DNA of 64,000 nt from Oopsacas minuta (taxonomy: Eukaryota > Animalia > Porifera). Below are positions 12,540-25,668 of the stretch, piece by piece (the first letter of the stretch is position 1; each line of letters starts with the position of its first letter). The position numbers and the translations under genes are program-made. The notes below the pieces were generated by a model, which worked only from the letters and a program-made list of their open reading frames with translations, was not told the origin of the DNA and made no database searches. The stretch covers positions 130,803-194,802 of the forward strand of contig JAKMXF010000346.1 of NCBI GenBank assembly GCA_024704765.1, in the 5' to 3' direction.

Positions 12540-14714
12540 CAGGGTAGTTTGATTTAAATCATTGATTTAAATCACTTCAAAAAATCAACATGATGATTTT
12601 TGATTTATTTAAATTTTGAAACTTCGCTAGTAGTGTCATGTTTTCAGAGAACAATAGACTGATACTTTTGTTTTCAATAGATTGAAGCCATTACTCAATC
12701 ATACTAACGGCTACAATCTATTGAAGTCATTACTATGATGTATTGCATATAAATATGGAATCCCCTGCATGTGAATGCATAATCATTATGACTGGACGAA
12801 AGAGTGACTACGTATGGAAGTATTTTGATCCAAAAAAAGAAGTTGGCAAAGCAGGGTGTCGTGCAACATGCCTGAAGTGTGGGAAGGAGATGCAAGGACT
12901 AGTTGCTAGGTTAAAGCAACATTATAATGTGTGTGCTGAATTTATCGACTGCACTGATGATGAATTGTGCATTTTGAATCCGGAAATCCAAGCTCTTTCC
13001 CAGAGGAAACGTAGTGTTCACAGATATAGGTAAGATTATCACTAGCAAAGAAACAGAAATCCGTCATGTCAAGTATGACAAACTTTGTTGTGCAAACATC
13101 AACTGAAAAAGCTGCCATTGATCTCCAAATAGCATGGTTTGTTTGTGCAACTAACTCACCTTTCACTATTGTTGAACATCCTGAATTTTCAAAGTTAATG
13201 GCAATGCTTCGTCCTGGATACTATCCTCCTAATCGACACAATGTTGGCAATGAACTACTCGACGAGCTATTCAATCACAGTGCAAGGCACAACTTGAAGG
13301 AAAAAAATGTATCCATGATGTTAGACGGATGGAGTAATATCCATAACGAGCCAGTTGTCTGCGTGTTAGAGACATCAGATGGGGACAGTTATCTTACCGA
13401 AACGGTAGATACATCAGGCCATGCATACACTGCTGAATATCTACAAGAAGTGGCCACGTCTGCTATTATATCGACTGAACAGAGATACAGTTGTAATGTA
13501 GGTACCTTTGTCGCGGACAACGCATCAAACATGGTCAAAATGCGGCGACAATTGAGATCTGATAGTGTTACTACCGATACAAACATCATATCCTATGGTT
13601 GTTCTGCTCACTATCTTAATCTATTGGCCAAAGATATTGATACTGGGCGTGAAGGAACACATTGTTCAGATCGTGAAATATTTTTGGTACACCCATCTCC
13701 CAGCTGCATGGTATAAATTTGCTGGCGGAAAGAAACTAGTACTACCACAAGATGTTCGCTAGAACACTATCGCGGATTCTCCGCAATGCACTTTGGAAAA
13801 CTGAACAATGATCCTCAAAGTGTGCGAGGAACACCGCGACACTATTAACGGTATGATCGCCATGAAAGCGCAAAATATTAACATCAAGAGAAATGCTGAG
13901 GACTATCTAAAACGGATGACGCCAATCGCTGTCGCTCTTGATAAAGTGCAGAGTGACAGTTGCAAACTGAGTGATGCTGTTGGAGTTTGGAAAGCACTGA
14001 AGAGAGATATGGATTCATTAATGCCCTCGGTTGTCACTCATAAAGTTCAGAACCGCTACAAACAAGCGCTAAGCGCTCCCCATTACTTAGCTAACTTAAT
14101 GGATCCAAGATACAGGGGTATAACTTTGTCAAAAGACGAGGTTGATGCAGGACTGAATTATGCAGCTTGGATTATACATCATGTTTCCCTACTGTAATCA
14201 ACTTCAGGGCTGAAGCTGGTCCATTCAAGCCATTCATGTTTACAGAACAAGTTTTAAAAGCTATCTCTCTCCTTACATGGTGGGAGTCTCAGAAAAGCGC
14301 CCTGGAAAGCGATGTTATAGTACTTTGTCGCAAGATACTTGGAGGAGTAGCATCAAGTGCTGGAGTAGAGCGAATTTTTCAACCTTAGGTTTTGTTCACT
14401 CCAAAGTGAGGAACAGGTTGGGAACAATTAAAGCTGGGAAGCTTGTATTTTTATACAAGCTCCTTAATACCCATAAATTATCTATTTGACAAGTTAATTT
14501 TTCGATAATTAAATATTATCAATCAATTAAAAGTTATATTCTTACTGTTACATTAAAGAGTATTGTAGTTAGCAGTATGTATGTTTCATTAAATCCAGCA
14601 TTCAAATAAAATTAAAAGTGTCTAAATTAAAATCTGATTTAAATCAAAAATTTGATTTAAATCAAGAATCACTATTTTGATTTATTTATAAAATAATGAT
14701 TTTTTCCAACCCTG
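12540..14714 (+). mobile_element. hAT transposon (BED finger, frameshifted transposase)
   Basis: CAGGGT...ACCCTG termini with a perfect 8-bp TSD ATTTATGC (12532-39, 14715-22). Subterminal palindromic GATTTAAATC motifs. ORF pieces with BED finger, MLDGWSNI, VADNASNM, GCSAHYLNLL and SSAGVERIF. Confidence 0.93.
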
Positions 14715-15638
14715 ATTTATGCCTAACATTTATCCTGGCAAAACGCATAGATTTCATTATAAAATAATCACTTAGTTTACTTCTCATTTTGGCCACTCAT
14801 CCTTGCTCCATTTTTTCTGAATCTGTGCCATGGCCCATTGCCTCCACAATATGCGGCTAAATATGTTCTGAGAAGACTGTAACGAGTAGTCTGACTGAAA
14901 TGTATTATTACCACATATTTCGATAAACTTGTATGATAGAGCTTAAGTATATATTAGTGACATATAGGAATATCTTATCAAAATGTGAATTTCAATTGCC
15001 TAAAATATTGATTTTTCACTCTATTGTGGATCCATACCCACCTAATGTACAAGATTTGGAATTTCCGATCATTTAGTGTCTTCTGCGAATCAATGTTGAT
15101 AATTATCGCTAGTACATGGAATTCTACCCAAATTTTGTCTATAGTTTTGTACATGTACCCAGCTTATCCGAATTTCCTAAAATCAAGAGAAATTTCTTCA
15201 TTGATTTACAAATTTTCACTTTTGGTGTCCATGCGATATCGTATCCTGTCCGGGGATGGCCAGGGATGTTGATCACAATGGTTGGCAAGTGTGTATTTCA
15301 CGATAAATCATATCCTTCAAACCCAGACTTCTGGCAGCCTAACTGTAAATATTCAAGAGATCTTAATTTTCCAATTTGCCATTCGTGACAATTCTCAGGA
15401 ACCTAGCCCCCGCAAGCGGCGAGGGCGGCCTGCACTTAATATACGTCCATAACATACTATTTGTAGTATGTATAATACAGAATTATTATTTCCTGTTATA
15501 GCATCATTATATTTCTAAATGCTGCTCAATCCAAATTTTATCCGCTTGAAATAGGCCAAATATTTGTTCTATAAGTCGCCCAGTCTTCACATTCTCGAGC
15601 TATTATTTATATCTAACATTCTATAGCGTTCCTTTTTC

Positions 15639-15863
15639 ATGACAAATAATTATTCAAATATACCTACAGCAGATAAATTGTTTGCATCTAGAGATAATCA
15701 AGACTCATTCTCTATTTCTAATCAAGTTAGAAAGATTAAAAAAGAGACTATGATTAAAGGGAAAAGATTCATCAAAGATGGAGAGAAGAGATTACCTGCA
15801 GATATGATGGCAGATGATGAGAAAATTCAAGCGAGGATTCATAAGCAATTTGAAAAACAAAGG
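15639..15863 (+). CDS. EIF2B4: eIF2B delta subunit, first coding exon (75 aa)
   Basis: Ends ...DGEKRLPADMMADDEKIQARIHKQFEKQR followed by GTTAGT donor. Splicing to 43245 gives ...KQFEKQR|VPKRK...ELFSHL, matching recalled human [33 protein letters not shown]...SLFSHL. Confidence 0.82.
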
Positions 15864-17604
15864 GTTAGTTTTATCTCACACATATTGTCTCCTAATTATT
15901 TGTCTACAATATATGGGCTGGGGACAGAAAATGATTGTCAATGAATTCCAGATTTGTCCGAAAGGTGGATTTCTTTTCCATCTTGGCACCATGTGCTACC
16001 ATTTACTTTTTTAAGCTATGCAATCTAACGCTTGTCAAGATATAATGTAAAGTTGTCGTCCAGGCGAGCCCGCTATCCGTGTCACCTATTGCACACCAAA
16101 TGGTACTTTTTTAATATTTTTGATGTGCAACACGTTTATATTGGTTTAAGTGCACCCTGAACAAATTTATGCAATCCCTCAAGTATATTAACAGTTAGAG
16201 CCATTGAAAAATTTCGTCATCCATACATATATAATAGGCTCGGGATCCGAGTTTCATTGGTAGACTTGTCCACATTCTCAGTCATTGGATAATTGTTGTA
16301 GAAGCCTGAAATTCGTAGATTTACCAAATCAATTTGTGTATTTATCTACCTGTTGTATTTTTGTTTTTTTGGCTCATGGGCCGAACTATTCGAGCCTTTA
16401 GGGAGAGGCAATTCGGCACCTTCGTGAATATACCGAATCTGTCCAAATGTCCCTTAGAGGGACTCAAATATTTTGGCCCATGAGTCAAGTACATATATCC
16501 ATACTTGATTTATTATATCTACCTCCATTGCCAATTCCATGCTTCTACCTCAAACATCATGGAGGCCACTGTCATCAAATTTCCCACCTGGCATTCAGAT
16601 TAGTGCTATTAAAATGTATGAGTGACTTCATTTTGGATAGCTATAACTCCCAAGAAACTTCTACGTTGGCAAATTTCTTCAGGTGTACTTATAACATCAT
16701 ATAGATGTGTTCCACTCCAAAGAATCCAGATTGGGGGACGTGAGATTCTAACGTCCCGTCGCCTTATAGCTTGCGCGAACTCTCTAATGGGCGGAACTTT
16801 GCTATACTTTATCTCTAAAGCTATCAGTCAGATCGTTTATGTCCAAAATAGGAAAAGGGTATCTCTCTTTGATGATCTTGCCAAAAGCACCTTTCGGAAA
16901 ACCTAGAATAGCGATCATTTACCATCTGGACAGGATAACTTTCTTGCCAGTACCTGACCGATGCAGCACTTCTAACACCACCAAACCATTAAATTTATTT
17001 GCGCGCTAGTAGTATTTTGTTAGTATGTATTTTCAATTACCATTTAGTAAGTTTCAACCTACTAATGGTACCAAATTTTCATATCGTACGGGAGTATTTG
17101 CATATCCAACCCCTAACCAATTCATTCAATTATTGTCCAGAAGTATAATTCAAGCGGTAACACTATTATTGAGATGTATGCAACAAGGTTGTGGCCTATT
17201 GAAAACTTCATGGTGATTTTTGAGTTATAACATTTGACAGTATATTGTTTTCATGACAATCTACTAGTTTTTTAGGTAATGAAATCAAAACATAAATCAT
17301 TAATGTTTAGCCTACAGACTGGTAGTGTAGCTCAGGGTTAATTGTTTTTGTTCTTTTAGAATGTGGGGGGTGGGGGCACATGCTTCCTGACCACTCGTGT
17401 AGATTCTGAATTACACCAGACCCCGACAGATTATGGGCTCCTGGATCTTCGAAAATATTTCAAGAAGTTCAATATAATTTGTCATTGTATTGTATTTTAC
17501 TACATATTTATCCTCAAATCTTATGGTTAAGATTCCGAATTATTTTCCTGCAATTACCTTCTGTCTAACTTTTGAAACAAAATCTAGTTGTATCTGTATA
17601 TTTT

Positions 17605-18078
17605 GATAGAATTTATTGCAGAACTTTGATCAAAACTTCATATGTCGAACTTTGATCGAATGATGAAAAAGGCAAATTTTGATCAAAGTTCTACTAAAAT
17701 GTCTCCAGTCGAACTTTGATCGAAAAATTGTAGAATTTTGATCGAAAATGGAGAAAATCCAACAAAACTCCATCCAATCATAAAATTAGCATAAATTTCA
17801 CACTAACTTTGTATTTTATTAGTTAGAAAGAGCACCATTGGGAGGGGATTAGGGTTTTATTTCGCTACCTTATGGCTCTGGGAGTATTTATTTGCGTTCG
17901 TTATTAGCTCCTAAAGCACGGGAGTGTGAATTTATGCTAATTTTATGATTGGATGGAGTTTTTTGGATTGATTTTTATTGATCTTTGCAAAATGGCGTAT
18001 CGTTGGAGTTTTTGTTGGATTTTCTCCATTTCGATCAATATTCTTCAATTCTTCCATCAAAGTTCTACTGAAATTCGA
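17605..18078. repeat. Fold-back/MITE-like element with subterminal GAACTTTGATC repeats
   Basis: 36-37-bp near-perfect inverted repeat (CTCCATCCAATCATAAAATTAGCATAAATT(T)CACACT) at ~17768-17804 and ~17923-17959. Further inverted blocks lie outside, with about six copies of GAA(C/T)TTTGATC in both orientations. Boundaries approximate. Confidence 0.6.
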
Positions 18079-20459
18079 TTAATATATACTGATTCTCTAG
18101 CTTAATATTAAATATGCGCAAGAAGGGAGAAAATATTATTAATTTTATAATTCATCACTGATTGAAGTATATGAATTTGTAAAGATTGGTATCTACATTC
18201 TCGATTATCCCGGACTAGCAATTGTAATCAAATCTCTAACATCATTCTGTAATATTTCCAAAGGTGTGTAAAGAGGATTAATTATATTATTTATTATATA
18301 TTTTAACTTTTTGAATTCCAATTAATAATACTGATTTTTACATCAGTTATAGCGTGAATTTCTGGAAAATCAATTACTAATTCATTTTTAATTGTGTTAT
18401 AAGATCAATGTACAAATCATCTTTTGATATTGATTTTCATTTAATTTGTAATTCAGTTTGAAATCATGAACAGCTTTGCTTACTGTGCTGAGCGCTTGCG
18501 AGCATTTTGTGTCATGGGATTCGGCACTTCGTGCCTCGAATTTAACAAAGTATAAAATTGCATAATTTTTTTAATAATTTGTATTTTAACAAATTGTTTG
18601 CTTCCCCTTCTCCCATAAGATATACGATTGTTATTATTCAGATTATCCATTTTGTAAATAGTTACAAAGTTAAGTATTTATATCATAATTATCGATAACG
18701 ATCAAAGCTTTGATGTAGCGGGTAATTTTGTGATTAATATTTTAAGTTAATCAAAATTTGAATATCATTTTCACTTCCATGTAGACTTGGAATGTATCAT
18801 AGAGGTTCATTCACTCATTAAGTAAGTTATTCTGTGAGTAATCAATTGGTTTAATATTATTTTCGGGTTAATTTTGTTTTGATGCGCCATTCCGTTCTAA
18901 TTAACATATCAGAAAACCTTCGGTCTCTTTCGCTTCGTGACAAAAATATCTGATAAAAGAAAATATAAGAATTGTACAAAAATCCCCCAATGTTGCCTCA
19001 TCTCTATCAATTTTTTGCATCCTTACTCCTTTAGGTAGTCAAGTTTAGAGAATGATATTTTTAATATTCATTATTTATAATACACTCCAAATATAAACAC
19101 AAGTAAGTTTTAGTTGTTTTAAGAATATCACAAATTTGTTCCACCTGTAACGTAAGTGTGCTAACTGTTGTTCTAGATTATCTATTTGTTATTAATGTTC
19201 CATTTGTCTAATTATTATTATGTAGCTATTTGACTCTTTTTGGTAATTTCTATTCTACATCTAAATCCATAGAAAAAGCTATGTCATGGGGGTATCATTA
19301 GAGGATTAAGGTGTACTGAATAGATTATGTCAGCATAAGTGAGATTGAATTTGAATTGGCACATGAGTCTGTTCCCCAAACGACACAAGAGGTTGGGATA
19401 TGTGAAGTGGTATTTGTGTAATTTCATAATTAGTAATCGTAACACATAATTTGTTGAGTGCTATACAGGTTCGATCTAACATACTATTATTATTTAGTAT
19501 GAATAGAAACTTAGAGCAGCTCGCAGATTTGACAGATTGAAAACGTTCATTGCCGAATTAGGGAGGCGCAAGGATTTATTCAGAACTCTTTATCAGCAGC
19601 GCAGCTCTTATCGCGAGAATATCTGATTCTCAAGTTGAGTGTGAGTGTGTGTGTTCTAAGTTTGTGATATAATATACACAATTTTTGTCTTTCAAAAATC
19701 GATCACACTCCATAGGAGTGTCTCATAAGTGATGCACTAAGTTGGGTAACTTATGTCAATTTCCACAATCAGCAGCTTAACAATCAGTTACAAAATATAT
19801 CCACTCCCGCGATACCACCTTGCATGTTTACTTCAACATTTGTGCCTACTTATGTAGTACCGAGACGGTATCTATGCGTTCATATAATTGTTGTTTATTA
19901 TGAATGCTTGATCGCCTCATAACGTTAGAGTGATGTTGAGGAGAATAAAAAATTACTTTATCAAATTGTACATTGGTATATAAAATTGTTTTGGTACCAA
20001 AGATAAATGATGTAGTGCACGCACAGTGGCTCCATAGCCTGAAATAGCATGAGAATTTCATGTTGCTATATTCATTGGAAAATATTACTATTGCAATCAG
20101 AATATTTGAAATCTATTCAGGTCAAATTTGAGCTTGTATACTTTCGATTTCGTATTCTGGCATACTGATATGTAAAGAGACGTCATTTTTTTGGAAAATT
20201 TTGTGGTTACTTCAGATAATATGTCAATTTCTACCGCAGTATATTGCATTCCATTTCTCTTAACAATTGTATCTATTATTACTACACGGATAGTCTTAAC
20301 TTAAATATACGCAAATAACTACACACTCTAAATTTAAAAGCATATAATTCCATTTTAAAGTGTAAAATGTGATCGAAAACTTTAGGCCCCTTTAAAAATG
20401 ACAGAAAAACTCATCGTGAGTACTATGTGGGCAGAAAATCTGAGCACTTTAATTCATTC

Positions 20460-21388
20460 ATATTTGATTAGTCCTCAAAATACAACCATTTCCAGACTTC
20501 CCGAAATCCCCCCGAAAATGCTGGTTATTTTAATCTAAAGCGGATACCTAAATTTTTAGTTTTGAATATTTTGTTGTATTGAGCGATATCAGATACGAGC
20601 CTTTGGCTCGCCGCTTCGCGATGTACTCGGCGCATTGCGCCTCGAGGTATTCAACGGACAAACAAACAGATAAAAACAATTGAGGCCTAATGATATTGAT
20701 CTTGTTTACAATATTCAGACTTCGCATACTCGATTACCCCAGTATTGTCGTTGAAAGCATGATTATACCTCAATTTTGAACTTTGTTTACTTTATGTACC
20801 TCAAAGTGAACAAATATTCATGACATGTTATTTACAATACCATATTCGGACTCAGGATACTCGATTACCCCAGGATAGTCGTTGAACTATGATTCTACAA
20901 CAATATTGAAATTGTTTACTTTATATTCATAAGAACAACAATAAATTTGCATGTCATTAATCCAAAAGTATGAAATCGGATTCCGCATGTTCGATATATT
21001 TAGTGAAGTTTTATTGAATTCGTATTACTATCTTGATAACAAGATAAATACATAGTTGTGCTACAATTTCAAAATTCCATACCATAACCTGGGGCTGCTT
21101 TGGCTGACTGGGTTTGCTTTAGCCCAAATACCAAAGCTCCAAAGAAACTAGATTGGATTCAGCATTGTACTTGAAAATGACTTGCCAATTTTTAACGAAT
21201 TTTCAAATATCAGTAGACAATTTCCAAAGCAAATACAATATCTATTCAATAAGAAATTTCAATATTTGGGCTGAAGCAAACTCAGTGGGCCAAAGTAACC
21301 CCAGTTTACGGTACCTAAATCCTTTCCTTGACAACGTACAAACAAACAAACAAACAGACAAACAACAATTGAGATTCAATCATATAGA
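20460..21388 (-). mobile_element. Non-autonomous Helitron-like element(s), head-to-tail, two 5' ends
   Basis: 5' TC starts followed by a GTTT/GTCT microsatellite at 21388 and 20699. Two tandem ~130-bp internal units. GC hairpin cassette 20596-20641. Homologous to the 30537, 40293 and 47717 copies. Confidence 0.7.
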
Positions 21389-21699
21389 TTTATAATGAAT
21401 AACAGAAGGCGTTTGATTTCTTAAACTCTCACTCGTTTGTTATCGTAGCAACAGATGCTTTCTTAGAAACTATCAAATCCCTGAAGCCAAGATCGATTCT
21501 ATTCCTCCTATGTTCTCCCAACTTATTTCTGACCGCAATGTCTACGGCAAACGAAGTGATCTACTCACTTGGCAAGGTCTTCTTTTTCACTCTACACATT
21601 TGCCAGTCCTCTGAAATAATGTCTTAGTGACACAAGCATAGTGTTTCATTGTGAACTCATCCAAGAAGGTAGAAAACCATTGTTTGAATTTACAAACAA

Positions 21700-23540
21700 G
21701 TGTCTCGGACACACACTAAGACCAATTTCGGATTTAATTTCATCTGTAGCTCAGGACTAGGATGTTGATCTTATTTAAATAGCAACTTATGTCCTAAAGC
21801 TATATGGTGATGAAAGCTAGAACCATGAAATGATTAACTCTTGTCAGCAATTTATCGAGCATAGGACATTCGGAAGTGCTGTTAAAAGGTTACCTTTAAA
21901 CAATTCATTGTTTTTGATAGATTTCTTGGAAATCGGGAAACGTTAGTCACAAAAATGCGAAGTTTGTGTTAGCCAGAAAGCATAGTCTTCCCTCCATATA
22001 ACATAATTTCTGACTAGCGTGCTAGAAATATGCTAATCCATCCAATATTAATGAAATTCAGAATTCGGATGGCGTCAATATTGGTTTCGGAATTTCGTAT
22101 ATATATCCATCTTGAAACAAACTGGTTTAAGTACTTCTAGTTATTGGAAATTGTTCCAGAACTATCTGAGAATTAATATCTCTTAAATTTAATTTAAAGA
22201 TGTCTGATGGCTTAGATGGCTTAGGGTGTCATAAAATCTATCATCAGTTTAATGGAATACTGTAGTTCTACACCAAAAATTTAATTCTTTTGGATTCAAG
22301 GTATTTCACAAATTGACTCATCTGGTACTATTGTATGATCAAATGACATCCCAAATTCACCATTTTGTGTACGACCATTGCATTATTGGTTCAAAAGGAA
22401 AATCCGCGAGAACTTCAATTTTATTTGGACACCATTGCTAACTCCGAAGTTGATTCAATTGCATAAGAGGGTATTCTAATTCCCAAAGGACTTGCAAATG
22501 TGACCTTTCACCCCACCATAATAGATGATAAGATTTCAGGGATTTAAGTGGAGCAGATGGCGCTCATTGCCAACTATGTACTACCAATATATCTGAATTA
22601 GAAGAATTAGAAATCGTAAGGTCAGGATTTCCAATCAACTGGAGCATTACTACTGCTAAAGAAATATTTTCTATAGTTGATGCAGGGGAATATTTCTTGC
22701 TCCCTTTTATACAACATCATGGCTTGACCCATCCACGACTATTAAGCATAGACATAATTCCTGCATCTCCTCTACATATATACATTTGCGTCTTCAATTG
22801 GTACGCGAATTTAATATATCAACTACGTTCAAGCACTTATAAATGGTCACCTTCCTCCAGAGTTATAGTTGATTTTATCAAATTTGCTAGCGAGCTTTTA
22901 TATGAAAGACTGGTGTGAAAATGAATCAACCAAGCACTGACGGAGTGACACCTTCCACAGGGAATGTTGCTAGATCTTGTTTCCTCAATAAGAAATACTT
23001 TATCTATTGGATGTGTATCATGATTCCACCAGATCTGAGTGGACCAATACGTACCTTACAAGCCAAACTTTCTGTATTGTTACCCGTCTTTAACTCTAAT
23101 CAAGCAATTGACACGGACAAATTGGATTCGCTTTGCAAAGACACCTATGAATCAATACTCATCGATTTTCCATGGGCAAGTGTAACTCCATCACCTCACA
23201 GACTACGAGCTTATTCTCTAGAATTAATTGAAGATTGTAATAATGATTTCGGACTGAAGGACTTTTCTGAGGAAGCAGTCGAGGCATGCAATAAATTGAT
23301 TTGAAACTACCGTCAATATCTTGCCAGAAAGATGGCATTTACATCAAACGCAAAGGATGCGCTAGTCCGTTTGCTTAGTCAAAGTGACCATGTTCAAGCG
23401 AGTTACCGACAGCGAACTGAGTGCTGAATATGTGGAGAATTTGGTCATGCATGTCGCTTGAGATATATTCTGCGGCAGCTAGTACCCAAGAACAAGATGC
23501 ATTATTCCAATCACTTGTCATTGATAATTGAATTCTAACT
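21700..23540 (+). pseudogene. Transib/RAG1-like transposase relic
   Basis: Ordered motifs DGLDGLGCHKIYHQ (first D), PNSPFCVRP, TIIDDK..LSGADGAHCQLC, SPLHIY, STGNVAR, FPWASVTPSPH and FSEEAVEACNK (E) match the Transib/RAG1 core layout. Stops and frameshifts; no CAC-type TIRs found. Confidence 0.8.
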
Positions 23541-23868
23541 CATAATATTTAGTGGGAAGACAAAAGTATAAGCAAGCTTGAATATCTATCAATTAGACTT
23601 ACAGGGCGGTTAATTAAATATCATTGCTAAATTGATGGATTAAGTTTTTTGGAGAATACAAAGAATTTCAAAATTTCACATCACATGGGTGATCATATTA
23701 AAGTTCATGGGTTACTAAAAATATAAATAATCAACCATAATAATAAATTTTTTGTCAAACTTTAGAATACCTGAAAATACACATAATGCGAAATCCTACA
23801 TAAATTCTGATAGTTGCAATCAACTCGCGATCACTGATTTCCTATATATCAATAGTACATTTCAAATA

Positions 23869-25159
23869 CAAGGGCTGTTCAATCTGTAATGAGACTAATG
23901 TATCGAATTCATATTCTAGTTAATACAGCTCTAAGCCTAATATCAGATTGCAAGCCTAACTTGATTGTCTAACTTCGTTACAATATACTCTTTACTCTAC
24001 TAGCGTATTCTTCAGTATAAAGTTTCATTTGTATACTACATTTTCAGCTAATGGATTTAGCAAAGATTGAAATCGACAAATAATTTCGTACCTGTGGAAA
24101 AAGGGGAATACTGGCTCAAACATTCTTCGTGAAATGCAGGATATTTTCGGTGATGAATGTCCTTCAAAAGCCACCATATTATATATGGATCGAACGTTTT
24201 GATAATGGCGATGAGGAACTCCACGATGACCCTCGTCCAGGTCGTCCGACTTCCTCAAAAACCCGCAGGAATATCGAGAAGGTCCAAACAATTTTAGACG
24301 AGGACAGACAGACGAATAACCCTGCGAGGGTTGGAAGGGAGGGTAGGTATATCAAAAGCCACACTACACTCGATTATCACTGAGGATCTGGAAATCTCGA
24401 AGGTAACTGCGCGTTGGGTCCCAAAACTTCTTTCAAAAGAACAAAAACGCGGAAGGATCAGAGTTAGCGAAGGATTACTTTCAAGATACAAGGCAGAGGA
24501 AGACCTTTTGGATCTTATAGTAACGGAGGGGATGAAACTTGGTTTCATTATTATGAACCAGAGAGCAAAACTCAATTGAGGCAGTGGAAGAGACGTGATG
24601 AACCTGTACTCATCAAGGTAAAGGCCGCAGAATCAGCAGGGAAAAGAATGCCAACAGTATTTTGAGATAGGGAAGGAATCATACTCCTCGACTGGTTGCC
24701 TGAGAAGACAACCTTAAACAGTGATTATTACATTGACGAATAAACTTGAGAGGCGAGGCAAGTTGACATGTGGCGTATTGCTGCAACTTGACAACGTAAG
24801 GCCCGATGTAAGCTCCAAGACAATGGCTGCAATTGACGACTTAGGGTTTGAATGCCTCCCTCATCCCCGCATAGTCCAGACCTGACTCTCAGGGACTACT
24901 GGATGTTTGGATAGCTGAAGAGACCTCTTCGAGGAAAGAGATTTGAGGATTTTAAACGGCTGGAGTATGAATAAAACAGTGGGAAAAAGGGATCCCTAAA
25001 GAATTATATACCACTGGGCTGGAAAAGTTACCAAAACGATGGGAACGATGTATAAAGTCAAAGGGGGACTTTATCGAAACATTGGATAATCAATTATGAT
25101 AAGTATGGGTTTACTATATGAATTATGAAAAAGTCTCATTATTTATTGAACAACCCTTC
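23869..25159 (+). mobile_element. mariner (DD34D) element, decayed
   Basis: 28-bp imperfect TIR CAAGGGCTGTTCAATCTGTAATGAGACT with TA TSDs. WVPKLLS motif and PHPPHSPDL-like remnant. Confidence 0.88.
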
Positions 25160-25668
25160 TAACTATCTAGTAAACTAATACCTATTGCCACTAAATTCCG
25201 AATGAAGCCACTGTGGCACGGTATACACAATTGTCATCAGGCTTTACTTTAGATACTGAAACAATGTGATCAAAATACCTTATCAATTGTATCGGAGTGA
25301 ATTGCTAATTGGAAATACATTTGAGTCACGTTTCAGCAAAATGGGTAAATGTAAGTCAATAGTATGTGTAAGCATTTGACGCATTGCGAGTGAACATTTA
25401 TTGACCAAACAATTTAGAAGTAGTGAGTCATGAATTATACCAAATTATACGTTTTCGGTCAGATCTGGTGACCCTATCATGAGTATCCACATCCATGCTA
25501 TTGTCGATAGCTTCCAATGGACTAAATGGATGCACATTAACTTCATTAAGTGTATTCATCTTACCCTTTCCCTCTGATTCACTTGGACTAGGCTCTCTCT
25601 TCATGGGATCTATATTGTCAGATAATGAAGAAATGTATTCAAATTGTGAACTTGGAAGTGTTCATTTA

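Noticed and set aside
15864-16014. Short 88-bp intron plus terminal exon (ICPKGGFLFHLG...) after the 15639 exon
   Set aside because: Gives an unrecognisable protein, whereas splicing to 43245 yields a convincing eIF2B-delta junction; could at most be a minor truncating isoform.
16700-16950. Gypsy RT-like fragment (KERYPFPILDINDL, minus strand)
   Set aside because: Only one short motif; flanking RT motifs could not be recovered.
17320-19480. tRNA or tRNA-derived SINE (TAGCTCAG and GGTTCGA boxes)
   Set aside because: A-box-like and B-box-like words are isolated, not correctly spaced, and no cloverleaf forms.
25480-25660. Open Ser/acidic frame on the minus strand ending at a TAGGGTCACC hAT-like end
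   Set aside because: Short, low complexity, no start or homology recognisable.
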